Source: Penicillus capitatus
Taxonomy: Eukaryota > Plantae > Chlorophyta
Assembly (NCBI GenBank): GCA_965649825.1
Contig: OZ287703.1
Location: 434,001 to 498,000, forward strand
Direction: 5' to 3'
DNA: 64,000 bases
Within the stretch, counting starts at the first letter, position 1; each line of letters starts with the position of its first letter. A program made the translations under genes and the position numbers. Below are positions 24,201-34,605 of this stretch, in pieces. The notes under the pieces are model-generated. The model saw only the letters and a program-made list of their open reading frames with translations, made no database searches and had not been told where the DNA came from.

Positions 24201-26291
24201 TTCACGCATCAGGCCAAAGAGCTCGCCGAGTGCAGAGAAGAGAGCAGCCTTGAGTGGTTCTGTTCCTTCGCTGGAAGGATCGGTGAGATTGGTCAGCAGG
24301 TGGGAGAAGAATTTGACATCTTCAATGCTCTCTATCCCAGCTGCCGCATTGCATGCTGCTGCAATGACTTCTTTTAGAAGGTCTGCGGACTGGTCAGCCA
24401 ATACGGCTACAAATTTAGCGAAATCTTCTGCTGAGATTTTGGCGCACGCCAACTGATCAATGTCAGACATCAAGGCGTCTACTGCACACTGGAGATCGTC
24501 TCCTTTAAGCAGACAGATCAGATGAACCACAGATAGTGCGGCATCATGAGCAAAGTCTCCTTTAATTGAATGTGACAGCATTGTCTTGCACACTTTGCCC
24601 CAATCCGTGTCTGATGTCTGGATGGTGTTGCGAACTGCTATACGCCCAGCATCAGATTGAAGAAGAGAGACTGCAGCACTCAGCAACCATTCAATGTCTT
24701 CATTCTCTGCCTCCTCACACAGTTTCATAACAGCAGTCGCATCCTCCGGTTGTAGATTTCTTGTCCATTTATCGATCATTCCATGTGAACAGAACCCATT
24801 GGATAGACAAACAAATGACTCATAGTCCAAGTCGGCTAGCTTCAACAACTCGGAAAAAACAGAAAAAGATGTTCTTCGATCGATATAATCGGAAATGGTT
24901 TTAACGGCGGAATGCATTCGGAAGTTGGAATCCTGCCCTTTATCCAATTTTGTATTAGATTGAATGGAGAGAAATGTCCTGAGCAAAGATTCAACAAAAA
25001 AACTGTTCATGTTGGAGGCTGTCACAAGCTTAGCCTCGTCTGAAAAGAAAAGAGAGAGTAAATGCAATCGCTCACAGATCCATTGTTTCTTTTCTTGGTT
25101 TTCGTTGTCATAGCAACTAATATGATGAGAGCAGGCGTCAAAAAGATGCGAGGTTATGTTGAGAACGTCACTCCTAACACAAAAAGAAACCATCGTGCAA
25201 ATGTCGTCAAATGACAATATAGAACTCGCGCGGTACAACACAGGAGAGGCAAAGAGAAACTCAATGGTATCGATGAGAAGTATCGCATTGGTACGGTTCC
25301 CAAATGTCAATCCATTAAGAACTAAGGCAACTGCATCTGTGCCTTCTAGAGACATAAGTGTGCTTAGAACGGCATCGAGTTGGGGTTTTTTGAAAGCCGA
25401 ATCGCCCTTGTACAATTCTATTAGGTTGCTAACGAAAGGATGCATTGTGTTTTCCATTGTATGGGCGGCGCTCAAGGCAGACAGAAGTATTCGATCGGGT
25501 CGCACACGGGGACCAAGTTTCTTTGCTTGGTCGAGGTTGTCAATTCTGCCGTCGCTCCAAATGACCTCTGTCGCTTCCTTCACGTCAATTTCTTTGAGCC
25601 CCACGGCACCGGCAATTTCGGGGAATGTCGCTGTCACTGTTATGGAATCGAAGAACATCGACAGAAGCTCTCGAGAAGTGAGGACGCTGTTTACGATGTC
25701 TGGCGTCCATTTACTGTCTCTCATTTTGGGAATCGGAAACAAGCTGCCTTCATGGGCATCGGAGTCGTCACAGACGATTTTCTGCAGGAGGCAGAGGATG
25801 TCGTCGATGTCATCGCCAGACAATCCTCCCATTCCAAGCACATCCAGAAGGTATGCCCCGTTAGGCTTCTTACATTCATTCGTCGGTTTCAGATTCGGAG
25901 ACTTTTTGAGCATGAACACAGCTGTCACCCCAAGCTTCGAAGCATCGTACTCTCTTTCGCGAAAGAGGATGTCGTAGACGGTCTGTCTATTTTCAGTAGA
26001 TGCCTTTTCCATAAACCAGTTCAGAATCTTTGCCAGTGGACCACATGCGGCGTTCTTTGATTTGAATAGCCTGACGGCATACGCCTGAACGATACAGAAA
26101 AAGAAGATACTGCTGCCGTTTTTGGTGATGTCCGTCCCTTCCATCTCGACGGAACCCCGACGTATCATTGCATCGACTTCGCGGCGAACATCAATCAAAG
26201 CTCGGTCTTCTCCCATGCTTAACGAACGCTTCAACGCGTCTTGGAGCTGCCAGACCCCAATCCATTTGTTTTGCTTTTCTTCTTTTTTTGG
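220..26291 (-). CDS. Gene A: giant midasin/Rea1-like AAA+ protein (6 AAA modules, Ig-like repeats, 4 VWA domains), about 8,600 aa, spliced at the 3' end
   Basis: The 8233-aa ORF (1533-26234) continues through four GT-AG introns (1516-1562, 1140-1192, 897-949, 394-446) that keep the frame and join the downstream VWA ORFs; stop TAG at 220-222 (...AIFLGHL*). Main exon is 1563-26291 (24,729 nt, open from an acceptor-like tgtctttag). Six Walker A/B pairs are visible. The segment before VWA2 (LENILPQNRFTRKRADIQGPSIHLPGFIKHIV...YSVALLLDISASM) resembles the midasin pre-MIDAS motif. The true 5' exon is unresolved (candidate ATGs at 26333 and 26393). Confidence 0.93.
300..3480 (-). other. Four tandem VWA/MIDAS domains at the C-terminus of gene A
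   Basis: VWA1 WCIVVDNSGS..QGT..IVDG; VWA2 VALLLDISAS..LST..ITDG; VWA3 ICFALDCTGS..VAYKDYGD..GGTDTPED..IGDAPGHG; VWA4 FIFCLDESGS..VIQFDD..GNT..MSDG. VWA3 and VWA4 are reconstructed across introns. Confidence 0.88.
394..1562 (-). other. Four short spliceosomal introns in the 3' end of gene A (47, 53, 53, 53 nt)
   Basis: GT...AG boundaries at 1516-1562, 1140-1192, 897-949 and 394-446. Removing them restores one frame and continuous VWA motifs (EQIK|GISEH, DDR|YPEG, NCE|VNSRLGFHFIFCLDESGS, RLQ|EMAAAA). Confidence 0.88.
7290..8970 (-). other. Array of about five Ig-like beta-sandwich modules (ASH/PapD-like) in gene A
   Basis: Beta-rich units of about 100-110 aa with motifs such as ISIDFGTHLY..VEVMNRT, EEIDFGVLL..IFIRNVTDLPL, GCLRVKNTGDVPVVFSI and GKLEITP..VKPGETMSRDVKINTTG. 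Boundaries are approximate. Confidence 0.62.
15670..19705. repeat. Inverted near-identical tract 2, left arm (pairs with about 48405-52440)
   Basis: The reverse complement matches gene B colinearly with a constant coordinate sum of 68109 (shadow ORF pairs 19324-19521/48588-48785 and 15808-16005/52104-52301). Only scattered substitutions by eye. Confidence 0.92.
16700..23900 (-). other. Six-module AAA+ ring of gene A (midasin/MoxR/dynein-related clade)
   Basis: Walker A/B pairs: GSTGVGKT/LLDEMN; GTAGSGKT/IVDNIG; GKPAVGKT/ISDEFN; GESAFKT/VVEDYD; GAPGIGKT/LLDEVN; GPTCSKKT/LFDNIN. Sensor-I motifs FAAQNP, FATQNP, FATMNP. Inserts lie between Walker A and B in modules 4 and 6, as in Rea1. Confidence 0.92.
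20450..24420. repeat. Inverted near-identical tract 1, left arm (pairs with about 43900-47870)
   Basis: The reverse complement matches gene B with a constant coordinate sum of 68319 (the 671-aa shadow ORFs 20460-22475 and 45844-47859). Stretches of more than 100 nt are identical, e.g. 23750-23858 versus 44461-44570. Confidence 0.93.
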
Positions 26292-26893
26292 CTAAAGACA
26301 GTTGAGTGCGTCGTTAGAAACCAAGACGGACATTAGGCGCTGTATGTAAACGCGTGAGTCGTGGACAGTCGAATGATTCGTTAGAAAGGCCATCGGGAGA
26401 AAGACGAGGATATGCGAAGCCGCCGATCGGCGCTTCGGCATTAAAAAAGGCGAGGAAAAGATTTACGCTGCTTACCCTCTGAAACATCGTTTTCAAATCG
26501 TCAAGGGTTCGCGTGTGCTTGGTTGCTCAGAAACAAAGGCTACACCGACCGGTACGGGAATCAGTGTTAAACGGTCCGAAAGCCGTGACGAGCACGAAGG
26601 AAGGGTCGTGTCACAAAGAGCTCATGACGGACGAAAGAGCGCATCTTTGGTTGGGGGTTGTATCATCAGAACAACGAGGATACCTGGGTACGATGAAGCC
26701 TCCTGCACTCGAATCTGCTCATATTGTGTCATGCAACGCATACAAAAGATCGGCGTCGCCGCGTCTCCGTCGCGATCCTGTCTCGGACACGTGGACCTTA
26801 AGTAGAATCTCCTGTGGAGATGCTCTTCTATCAATTACTATTGCGTTTTTGCTTGTGCGGGTTGTTTTCTCTATCATTGATGCCTTGCTTGCC

Positions 26894-28471
26894 TTAAAGA
26901 AGTACTCCGGCCTTTCGGTAAACGTCGTCCAATGTTTCAGAAAGAAACTCTACAAATTCATCCTTTCTTTTGTGAAGTCGGCACATGTGCCACGCAATGG
27001 CGAAAAGAAGCTTCTCGAATTCATCGTAGTTCAGACTGAGTGGGTGGGGATGGAGTGCAAATGATTTTGGATCACTCTTCTCCTGTTTGGCATAGATGAC
27101 CATCACGGCGAGATCCTAAGATAGAGAGTGTTCTTCGTCTGCGCCCGTCTACGGTACGTACCTGCTGAGTGAATTCGCGTTCAAGGAGATCCCATTGAGC
27201 GAGATGAATGGACAAGTGTCTGAGTTCGACTCGGATCTCGTTCGAGCGAATGCGTTTCATCTGACACGACTCCAATGTCTGTTCAGTAAACTTGCGACGA
27301 TCGGCCATCGCCGTCATGGCCTCTGGTGACAGATGCTCTGCAATCTTGGAGATTTTTTCTTGCGCGTCGTTCAGGACCCCCTTGGAGCAACAGTCGGACC
27401 AGAAAGCGGCGAATTGGGCCGACAGTGCCGAAGGCAAACTGCTATCATCTTTTCTTCCAGAGACCCTATTGGCCCATACGATGCAAAGGAGTCACCAAGT
27501 GCTCGTTCTACCGGTGCGATGATATGCGAATGAGAGCAAACATGAAGTCCTGGAAGTCCAAGGACGTACTGTCCTCCTTTTCGAGCTGCGTCGATGACAC
27601 ATGCGTTGCAACAGTGTGGAACACGTCATCGCACGTCTCCGCTGGGATCTCGGCAGATACCGACTGGAAAGCAAAGGAGTGAGTGCGCTTCCTTGGTGGA
27701 AGAAGGGAGATATAAATACATGGATGAAGCTTCTGAACTGTGCGGTCGACAGACGATCGCGTTTGTCTGAATCGCGACCGTGTGTGGAAGATTGGAGGCA
27801 GAGAAAAGCAGCTTGTATGGCGCCAGCAGCAGCGATCACCGTTTGGTGCAACGCTCGACAGTCGTCCTCGGCATTGTATGATGCCGCCGTCTCTGCATCC
27901 ATCTGCACAATCGATGGTAAGGCATCCGTGACGAGCGGTTCGATTGTAAAATCCATTTCTGTCAGCCAAGCATCGTGCTGCGGTATCTCTTCGCCGTGGA
28001 GACCCCATTGGAATGGTGGTGTCCTCGGTCGGTCCGCCCATCTGATGGTCACCACGCGAACGCGTGACGGGGGTTGCGATGTGCACCTGGCCTGAAAAGC
28101 GAGAGGGCCGCTGGAGTATTGGACATAGAGTTGGCACCCGTCAGGAAAACAGGCATTGAGGATGCTGTCGATATCCAGCAGTGTCCCTTCGACGTCACGC
28201 ACCGCTTGGGGGACATACTTACCTATCGTCTCGCCTGCAGGTAAAGCGCGATGCGTAGACTGTTTTCGAGTGTTGATGATCGATGACCTCGTTGACAGGC
28301 GAGTCGTGCGCATGCTGCACATCCGATCCATCTCAGAATCTGATTGCCGTCGCCGCACTCGAGAATCAAGGACTCTTCCTGCGTTTTTTCTGTGCCATAT
28401 GGCTCCAGAAACACCTGAGTCGCCAGAATGGAGTGGTATTAGATAAGTGGCCGTGAAACCTTGACGTGCAT
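26894..28471 (-). CDS. Hypothetical protein with degenerate EF-hand-like helical motifs (6 exons)
   Basis: Five GT-AG introns (45, about 53, 56, 46, 46 nt) join ORF fragments in frame: MHVK|VFLEPYG...G|ETIGKYVPQ...FRSFIH|SVSAE...LDFQDFMFALIRISSH|RVSG...FTQQ|DLAVMVIY...LNYDEFEKLLFAIA...KAGVLL*. The intron 2 donor is ambiguous; function unknown. Confidence 0.72.
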
Positions 28472-28831
28472 GGATGCTGAATGACGACGCCTGATGCGAG
28501 AATGACGATAATCTATGGACGCAACACTCTTACAAACATTGAACATTGATCGTTGTCTTATGCCATTGTTCTAACAAGCGTCATGATGACAGCTCGGAAA
28601 AGTTTATGCAGATTTGGAAACAATATTAAGATAGTGCGAAACTAGGAGGCTTTGTGCTTACAAGTTAACTGTCGCATTCAAACACGTGACTGATGTTAAA
28701 AACACTGACATTGCGGCTTTCATGTCATTACTTTTTTGGATCCCATCGAGATGAGCTTACAACGTGGAAGTGATGCCAAATGGCCTTTGGCACAAGAAAG
28801 CAATTGGCTGCTGTGAAATGTGTAGATGCAT

Positions 28832-30802
28832 CTATACGTCGCGATAGCGACAGAGAGAACAACCCAGACAGAACTCAGTTCCTGGCATGGGGTGTTCCAT
28901 TTTGAGAGGACACTGCTCTCCTTGACATGGCTTGATCTCCCGTGTCAGATGACTATGACAGGAATCGCAGTAATGTGTGTTGCCATGACAGAACCAGCAG
29001 GCAACACTACAGCAATAGCTGATCCAGAAAACACAGTTCAATGACATATCGCATTGTCACCATGCATTACCGGCATTTCCATTCGATGAACAACGTTCCA
29101 TGACGTGGACAGTTCTGTCCGGCAGCAACGGCACAGCAGCTTCCACAGATGAGGTCTTCTGGATTGAACTCTGCGGCGTTGTTTGCGGCGGCTTGACAGT
29201 CACGTAGTCCACCAAAATAGGGCTTCTTGCATTTGGAGCACAGGTAGAACATGTACTTCTTCAAGGCATAGTCTGCAGGGCGTCCGTGAAATTCGCCTCC
29301 TGGCTGCAATGCCTAAACACCAGCAGCACTATAAACATCTGCCTTCGTTGATGGCCGGAGTGTGCAGACTTCGTCATTGATCTCAATGGACGCTTTCAGA
29401 CGATCGACTGCAAGCTTGTCCACGACTTCCTTCAGCTCCAGAATGGGTTGAATTTCTTTCTTGAGCAATGGATGGTCAAACGAGCATCTCGGGATCGTCG
29501 TCGTATCGGATTCAAGGATCTCTCTTCCAGCTGTTCCGCACATGGAACAGTAGAGATGGTTGAAACTGATGGAAGGACCAGGATATCCTTGCATCAACCG
29601 CTCCCGTGCACACTCTGCAATGCACTTCCTTCAGCTATCCGTTCACTCCTGCACAGTACCATCCTACCTAGATGGATAAGGTGTTTGCAGGAGAGCGCGA
29701 TGCAGGGACGCGTAGCAAACGATTCCCAACAGATCTGACAGCCATCGAACTCGGAACTGGAATGTGGGCAATCCGGTTCAAAGCATGGAAGACATCTGTG
29801 TACGATATTGGGATCATTGGCATCCGGTCCAACGCCGCAGCATCCGTGTCCGCACGGCAGCTTCCTGGTGCAGGATTTCTTTAAGAATCCCCGGCATTCT
29901 GGTTTGTTGCAGACAGATCGTATACGTTCGGCCACGAAAACAAAATCACTCTTCTCCAGACACCAGGAGCTGTCCACTGCTGCATGTCTGGCGAGTCTCT
30001 TGAGTTGTTGAATTGTCAGATCCCGCGGTTTTTTGCGCTCGAGACCTTTTCTTTCGCCAGGATCGAGTCTCTGTTCGCAGTAACGGCAGTTGGGCATTCG
30101 AAACTGCAGACAATTGAATCCCGTATGATAGGGCTTTGCAAAACACACGCCGCAGAAATCACGCTGACAGCCAGCACATCGAAAACGGTAGTGCTCTCCA
30201 TGATCAGACCCCATCAGCTTTCCCGATCTCTCTCCTGTATCAAGGCGTTCGATCAGGCAACGGCAATCTTCATAAGGACACCGAATGCAGCCACTCAGAC
30301 GGGCATGCAACAGACGCTCTGCCTCCAGAAATTGATCGAAGGCATCGAGGCAGAGTGTTTGGGACTCTGTTTTGGCGATGAAGCCATTACAGCCTTCATT
30401 TGGACATTCGACCCCTGTATACTCTCCTATGTCCCTCGTTTCCGATTTCTTCTGCGAAAAATCAACTCGCCAGTACGGAGATGTCACCTCTTCCCCATTG
30501 TCTAGGGTCAGGATAATTTCCGAGTCCTCCCAGTCGTTTCCGAATGCGACTTCCTCCACCGTGGCTAGTTGTATCTCTCCTTCGTCGTCGACATACGTCC
30601 CTGTGCGTTGCACTTCGAAGTGCTCTTCGAATGACTGCCTCTCCAGGAGACGCTGTTTGTTCTTGAATTGTTGTGTGAGATAAACCGTTAAACAACGATG
30701 GCAGAACAGACAGGTACAGTTGTCCAGCGGCTCAGCGTCATCAATCGGCTTATCTTCGCCACACAGGGCGCAGTGGAAGAGACACGGTATGTGAAAATCC
30801 AT
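28832..30802 (-). CDS. E3 ubiquitin ligase: RING1-IBR-like N-terminus fused to a MYCBP2/Highwire-type RING-Cys-relay (RCR) module, about 602 aa
   Basis: Exons 29668-30802, 29370-29614, 29071-29312 and 28832-29018 (introns 53, 57, 52 nt) total 1809 nt in frame. The C-terminus follows the MYCBP2 pattern: CGHGCCGV..CLPC..CQICW..CKHLIHLEC..ISFNHLYCSMC..YMFYLCSKCKKPYFGGLRDC..LICGSC..CPRHG..WKCRYCCSVACWFCHGNTHYCDSCH..CPLKMEHP..EFCLGCSLCR. Confidence 0.88.
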
Positions 30803-31433
30803 AGAGGCAATCTCTGGTATTAGGCGATCGTGCACTTAGCCACCGTTAAACAAAAAATAACGACGACGTCTGTTGAGCCCTTTCGATCTCGCAGTCTTTT
30901 CGGATTTCCTTAGTGACGCCTATCTTCTCGAGATGCCTTCCTTAACTCTCAAAACTCGTCGTCACACCGACTAATGGTCTCATCGCAACATCTAAAAAAT
31001 TTCTCTGCAGATGACGGACGGACTGCCTTCTGACATGTGTTACTACCACTTCCCGGCAATCCCGGGTGTCGATGAACACCATCACGAACTGTGCGTTGAA
31101 ACTGAAGAAAACACGACTCAAATGTCGTCCACGTGCCGAAAAGAAGAAACAAGAGTTCGAACAGATCGTTTTAGTCGACCACGTTTGACAGATATAAATC
31201 CATCGTGTACGCCGCCCCCTTAGTGAGAGAGAGAGACGACTGTGGCGTTGTTGATTAAACAAAGATGACATGAAACTTCCGGGAAACGTTTGAAGGAACG
31301 GGTGCAAGACTTCGTTTCATTATTTATGGAGATTATGAGAGCGATCTCGTTCTCAAGCCATGAGAAAGGAACGATCAAAATACGATGATTTGAGGTGAGA
31401 AGGTATCATAGATTTCCGACCGAAGTACCAACA

Positions 31434-32347
31434 CTAGAGTAATATCTTTCTGAAGGCATTGATGTTGGGACTATCTTCCTTCCCGTAGATGGCAAATATC
31501 ACCTTCTTGAAGTATCCTTGGAATTCGTCATACAACCACTTCTTAAAGAGTGCACCGACCATGTTGGGATCATTCATAAAAGCACCGCAGCCAAATGCTC
31601 CAAGCACCACTGCATGATGTCCGTGATTGGCCATTACCGTCAAGATCCGACGGATGCGTTCCTTTAGAGTGGACCAGAGCTTTCTCTCATCACCGAATGC
31701 CCGAACTCCAGCAGCCTGAGGTGCAGGACAGGTGACAATTGAAATGGAATGTGTCAGTTCTTCGTCTGCAGTGGCAAATGAAATGAAAGGCAAAAGAGTG
31801 ACATCAAAGTCTTACTCAGCATCTCTTCTGTTTCCAGATCGCGGAAGACAGGAATGTCCGGCGAATAGAGGAGATCGTGCAGGAACAGGGAATGGTTTCC
31901 ATTGACTCCGCGGTTTCGAGCATAGTTTGGTTGATCCTTGACGCACCAGTACAAGCCAGTGCATCGCACAAGACGGTCTTCCTGAGTTCTACATCCTTTG
32001 AGAAATGGACCACCGGGTTCAAAGGCGTTGGCAAAATTCAAAACGCAAGGCTGTCCATAGCCTTCATCTATTGCTCTGCGACGAGCTGTTCGTTGTTAAG
32101 GAGTATTGACTGTGTGGGCATACCGTTTTGCTGCGAAGAGAGTGTCTTCCCGCGTCACTTCTATTGTCATTTGGTACAGGTCTCGCTGGGGTCGCTGGAC
32201 TAACACAACATCATCCTCTTCCTTGTAGTGTTTCGTGCACTCTCTGGCAGCAACCAGCCGTTGTCCCATTCGACTCCCGTCTTCAACGCTTTGAGTTATG
32301 AAGTCGAGAGTTTCTTTGGCAATGACGGCGAAAGAAGACGACGCCAT
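31434..32347 (-). CDS. Microbial-type poly(ADP-ribose) glycohydrolase-like macrodomain (TIGR02452/DUF2263 family), 271 aa
   Basis: Exons 32124-32347, 31816-32075 and 31434-31765 (introns 48 and 50 nt) total 816 nt. Family motifs VLNFANAFEPGGPFLKGCRTQEDRLVRCTGL, IVTCPAP and VVLGAFGCGAFMNDP..F..VIFAI. Confidence 0.87.
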
Positions 32348-32599
32348 CGCTGTACACCTTCTCCTTTTGGCTGGGAAGATGCTTCTCTTTCGGCAGTGTG
32401 CCAGATGGGAAGATGACAGACGTGTGAAAATCTCGCGTTCCATCGAACCGACGAGACAGTAGTGAATGTAATGGGCTGAAAAATGGAGTTAACATTCATC
32501 GTCATGTCGGCTTTGAGGCAGACCCAGCCAAGTACACCCGTAATCGTGGAGAAGTCTGTAAGAGCGATGGAACTTAGAACTTCAGCAGAACAGATTCGA

Positions 32600-34250
32600 G
32601 GAAGAACACGACACACGAATGGCAGATTGCGTGTCTGTGAAAGACACCGCACACTTACTGGTTCAGCAATACTTACCCTGAAGCAGTCCGGGAACTAAGC
32701 AATATTCACCCTGGCTCGACTGCAGAGGAAAGTCCTCCGAGTCCACACTCGGACAGTCTACCTGCATGATGCGTTAGATCCGAAACTGTGTCACTTACCA
32801 AAGTTCTGCTTTCTAATTCAAGGGGACCAACCACATAACTACTTGCGCAAGAAAGACATCTAGACACTTTTTATCCGGGCTTGAGAGCATGAGCTTTTCT
32901 GTTTACTTGTCCGTTAGCATTCCGAATGCTGGTTGGTCGCCTCTTACAAGGACCGCAACTTAAAAGCTCGTATCAGTTTCCTAGTTAGTTCTCTCAGGCT
33001 ATAATGATAGGAAACAAATCCTTCTCTGCTTTAGATGCTCTAAACTGTCCTGAGATTGGTTGTTGACGATTTTTGTCTTTGATTAAGTTCTCTGTTGAAA
33101 ATCATTAGTGGTACTTTCTCGTTCACAGAGAGACACATGGCACTTGCATTACTCTAATCGCGATCCAAAGAATGTCAAATGGTGTTTCGTTATGTTATAC
33201 ATGGATTCAGTCATACCAACGCCCACAACTAAACACTATATTGCGAATCACTATTTCCAAGTTGAGCAAAAATGTCTACTTTATCGATCTCGATATGCAG
33301 CAGAAATTTCGTGAATACCGTTTACACGAAGTGAACACCTTTGTATTCCTTAAGAATGAGAGAGAATTGTAATCCACAAAAACATCGCTTGTTTGTGTCC
33401 TTCGAAATGGATGACGGTACTGTATCTTCGATAACTACGAAAAGAAAGCTCTTTAAGACCAAATCCCATTATTGTAATGTTCTTTTTAATGAGTAATTCA
33501 CGTTACATCTAAGGCAATGATGACAAAGACAGTTCTCTGCCAAAGTCTCTCTTCGTACAGCTTTGATCTGGGCAATCTTTTAAATCATGACGCTACTCAA
33601 CATGAAGAAGACACTCTAAAGCTACCTCTAGACGGTGTGGAATGAACTTAAAGTGAAAGAAGGCAATACGTGTTTCCTGTTATCGTTGTTGAACTCGAGT
33701 TCTGAAGTTTTGTGTACTAAGTTGGTTGTCTTCCTGTACTAATTCTTTGCATAAGAAGTTAGTGCGGTTTAAGAAGCTGACGTTAGTAGATAGGCATACG
33801 TTGTCATATACACCTTGCAGCTCTGCTAGGAGTGGTCCAAACAATTCTTTACCATCTCGGAAATCAATTGTGTTCACAAGATTACGCAGACAAGAACAAC
33901 TGTAGCATTTGTTTGAATGTTCATCGAGCGCACTTACAATCCTCGACGAGAATGTATACAACTTCCTTTAAGAAGACTCGATGAACACAAGCCTCTTGTT
34001 GCACACAACGAAAACAAAGTAGTGTTTTGTTGGTCTTGAAGTAAAGACTGTACGTGTGAGACATTTGAGATTCGATGCTATGTGACCGATAAGACGAATA
34101 TTGTCTACATAGTCTTCTTAGTTCATCCTGATAAAGATCTACTACCTCTTGTTTTCGAGGTTTACCGAACGGCAGTTTCAAACCACGCTTTTCTGAACAC
34201 ACCGACCCGACTTAACGCTATGTAATTATTCTTCATTCTGTGTCTTAAGT
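32600..34250 (-). other. Possible intron-rich hypothetical gene or relic (not assembled)
   Basis: Several minus-strand GTAAGT/GTATGC donors with CTAAC branch-like motifs (near 32675, 32795, 33800, 33935) and coding-like fragments (LRNLVNTIDFRDGKELFGPLLAELQGVYDN; TKFLLHIEIDKVDIFAQLG). I could not build one continuous frame. Confidence 0.3.
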
Positions 34251-34605
34251 TCTAAATATGTTGCACTCCACATCTTCATAGATGGGACATCTTGCACCTG
34301 TGAAGGCACGGATGATATTGATTGATTTTGTTGGATGACGACCTTTTAAGTTCGTGATTTCAGTCTGATGACGGCCGCGCCAGTCCTAACAGTACCTATT
34401 TCTTTCTCTCAAGGTTTAGACGTTATATATGATTCAGTCTTACGTCCCTGTGCGCCAATGGCGTGCGGGGAGAGAAACAATACGTCGACGGGTTTTCAGT
34501 GTTAGATGTAAAACAAGTTTCAATGTTTATTAATCGATCCAAGAAAGGGATTAGTGAGTCCACAACTTAGGGGTTTCACTTGGTCCCGGGCGGTACTATG
34601 TCGTA

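Noticed and set aside
17598-24201. Long overlapping ORFs on the opposite strand or in alternative frames (480, 671, 467, 394, 308 aa etc.)
   Set aside because: They are shadows of the high-GC3 AAA coding sequence, where stop codons are depleted. They have no recognisable motifs and are mirrored in gene B only because the DNA is duplicated.
220-26291. Calling gene A or B the canonical MDN1/Rea1 orthologue
   Set aside because: The genes are much longer, present in two copies, and have degenerate even AAA modules, Ig repeats and four VWA domains. Homology is supported but orthology is not, so no gene symbol is given.
32669-32680. ATACTTACC resembling the U1 snRNA 5' end
   Set aside because: No U1-70K or U1A loops or Sm site follow. 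It is better explained as the reverse complement of a minus-strand GGTAAGT splice donor.
32752-32790. Hammerhead-like stem III (ACAGTC...GAAACTGT)
   Set aside because: The CUGANGA core is absent and there is no room for stems I and II.
32725-32885. GAGGAAAGTCC (RNase P/MRP CR-I-like) followed by a perfect 7-bp hairpin TCCGAGT-CCAC-ACTCGGA
   Set aside because: I found no convincing CR-V/P4 partner, P8 GARAR loop or P1-P3 framework. An Infernal search with RF00009/RF00030 would be decisive.
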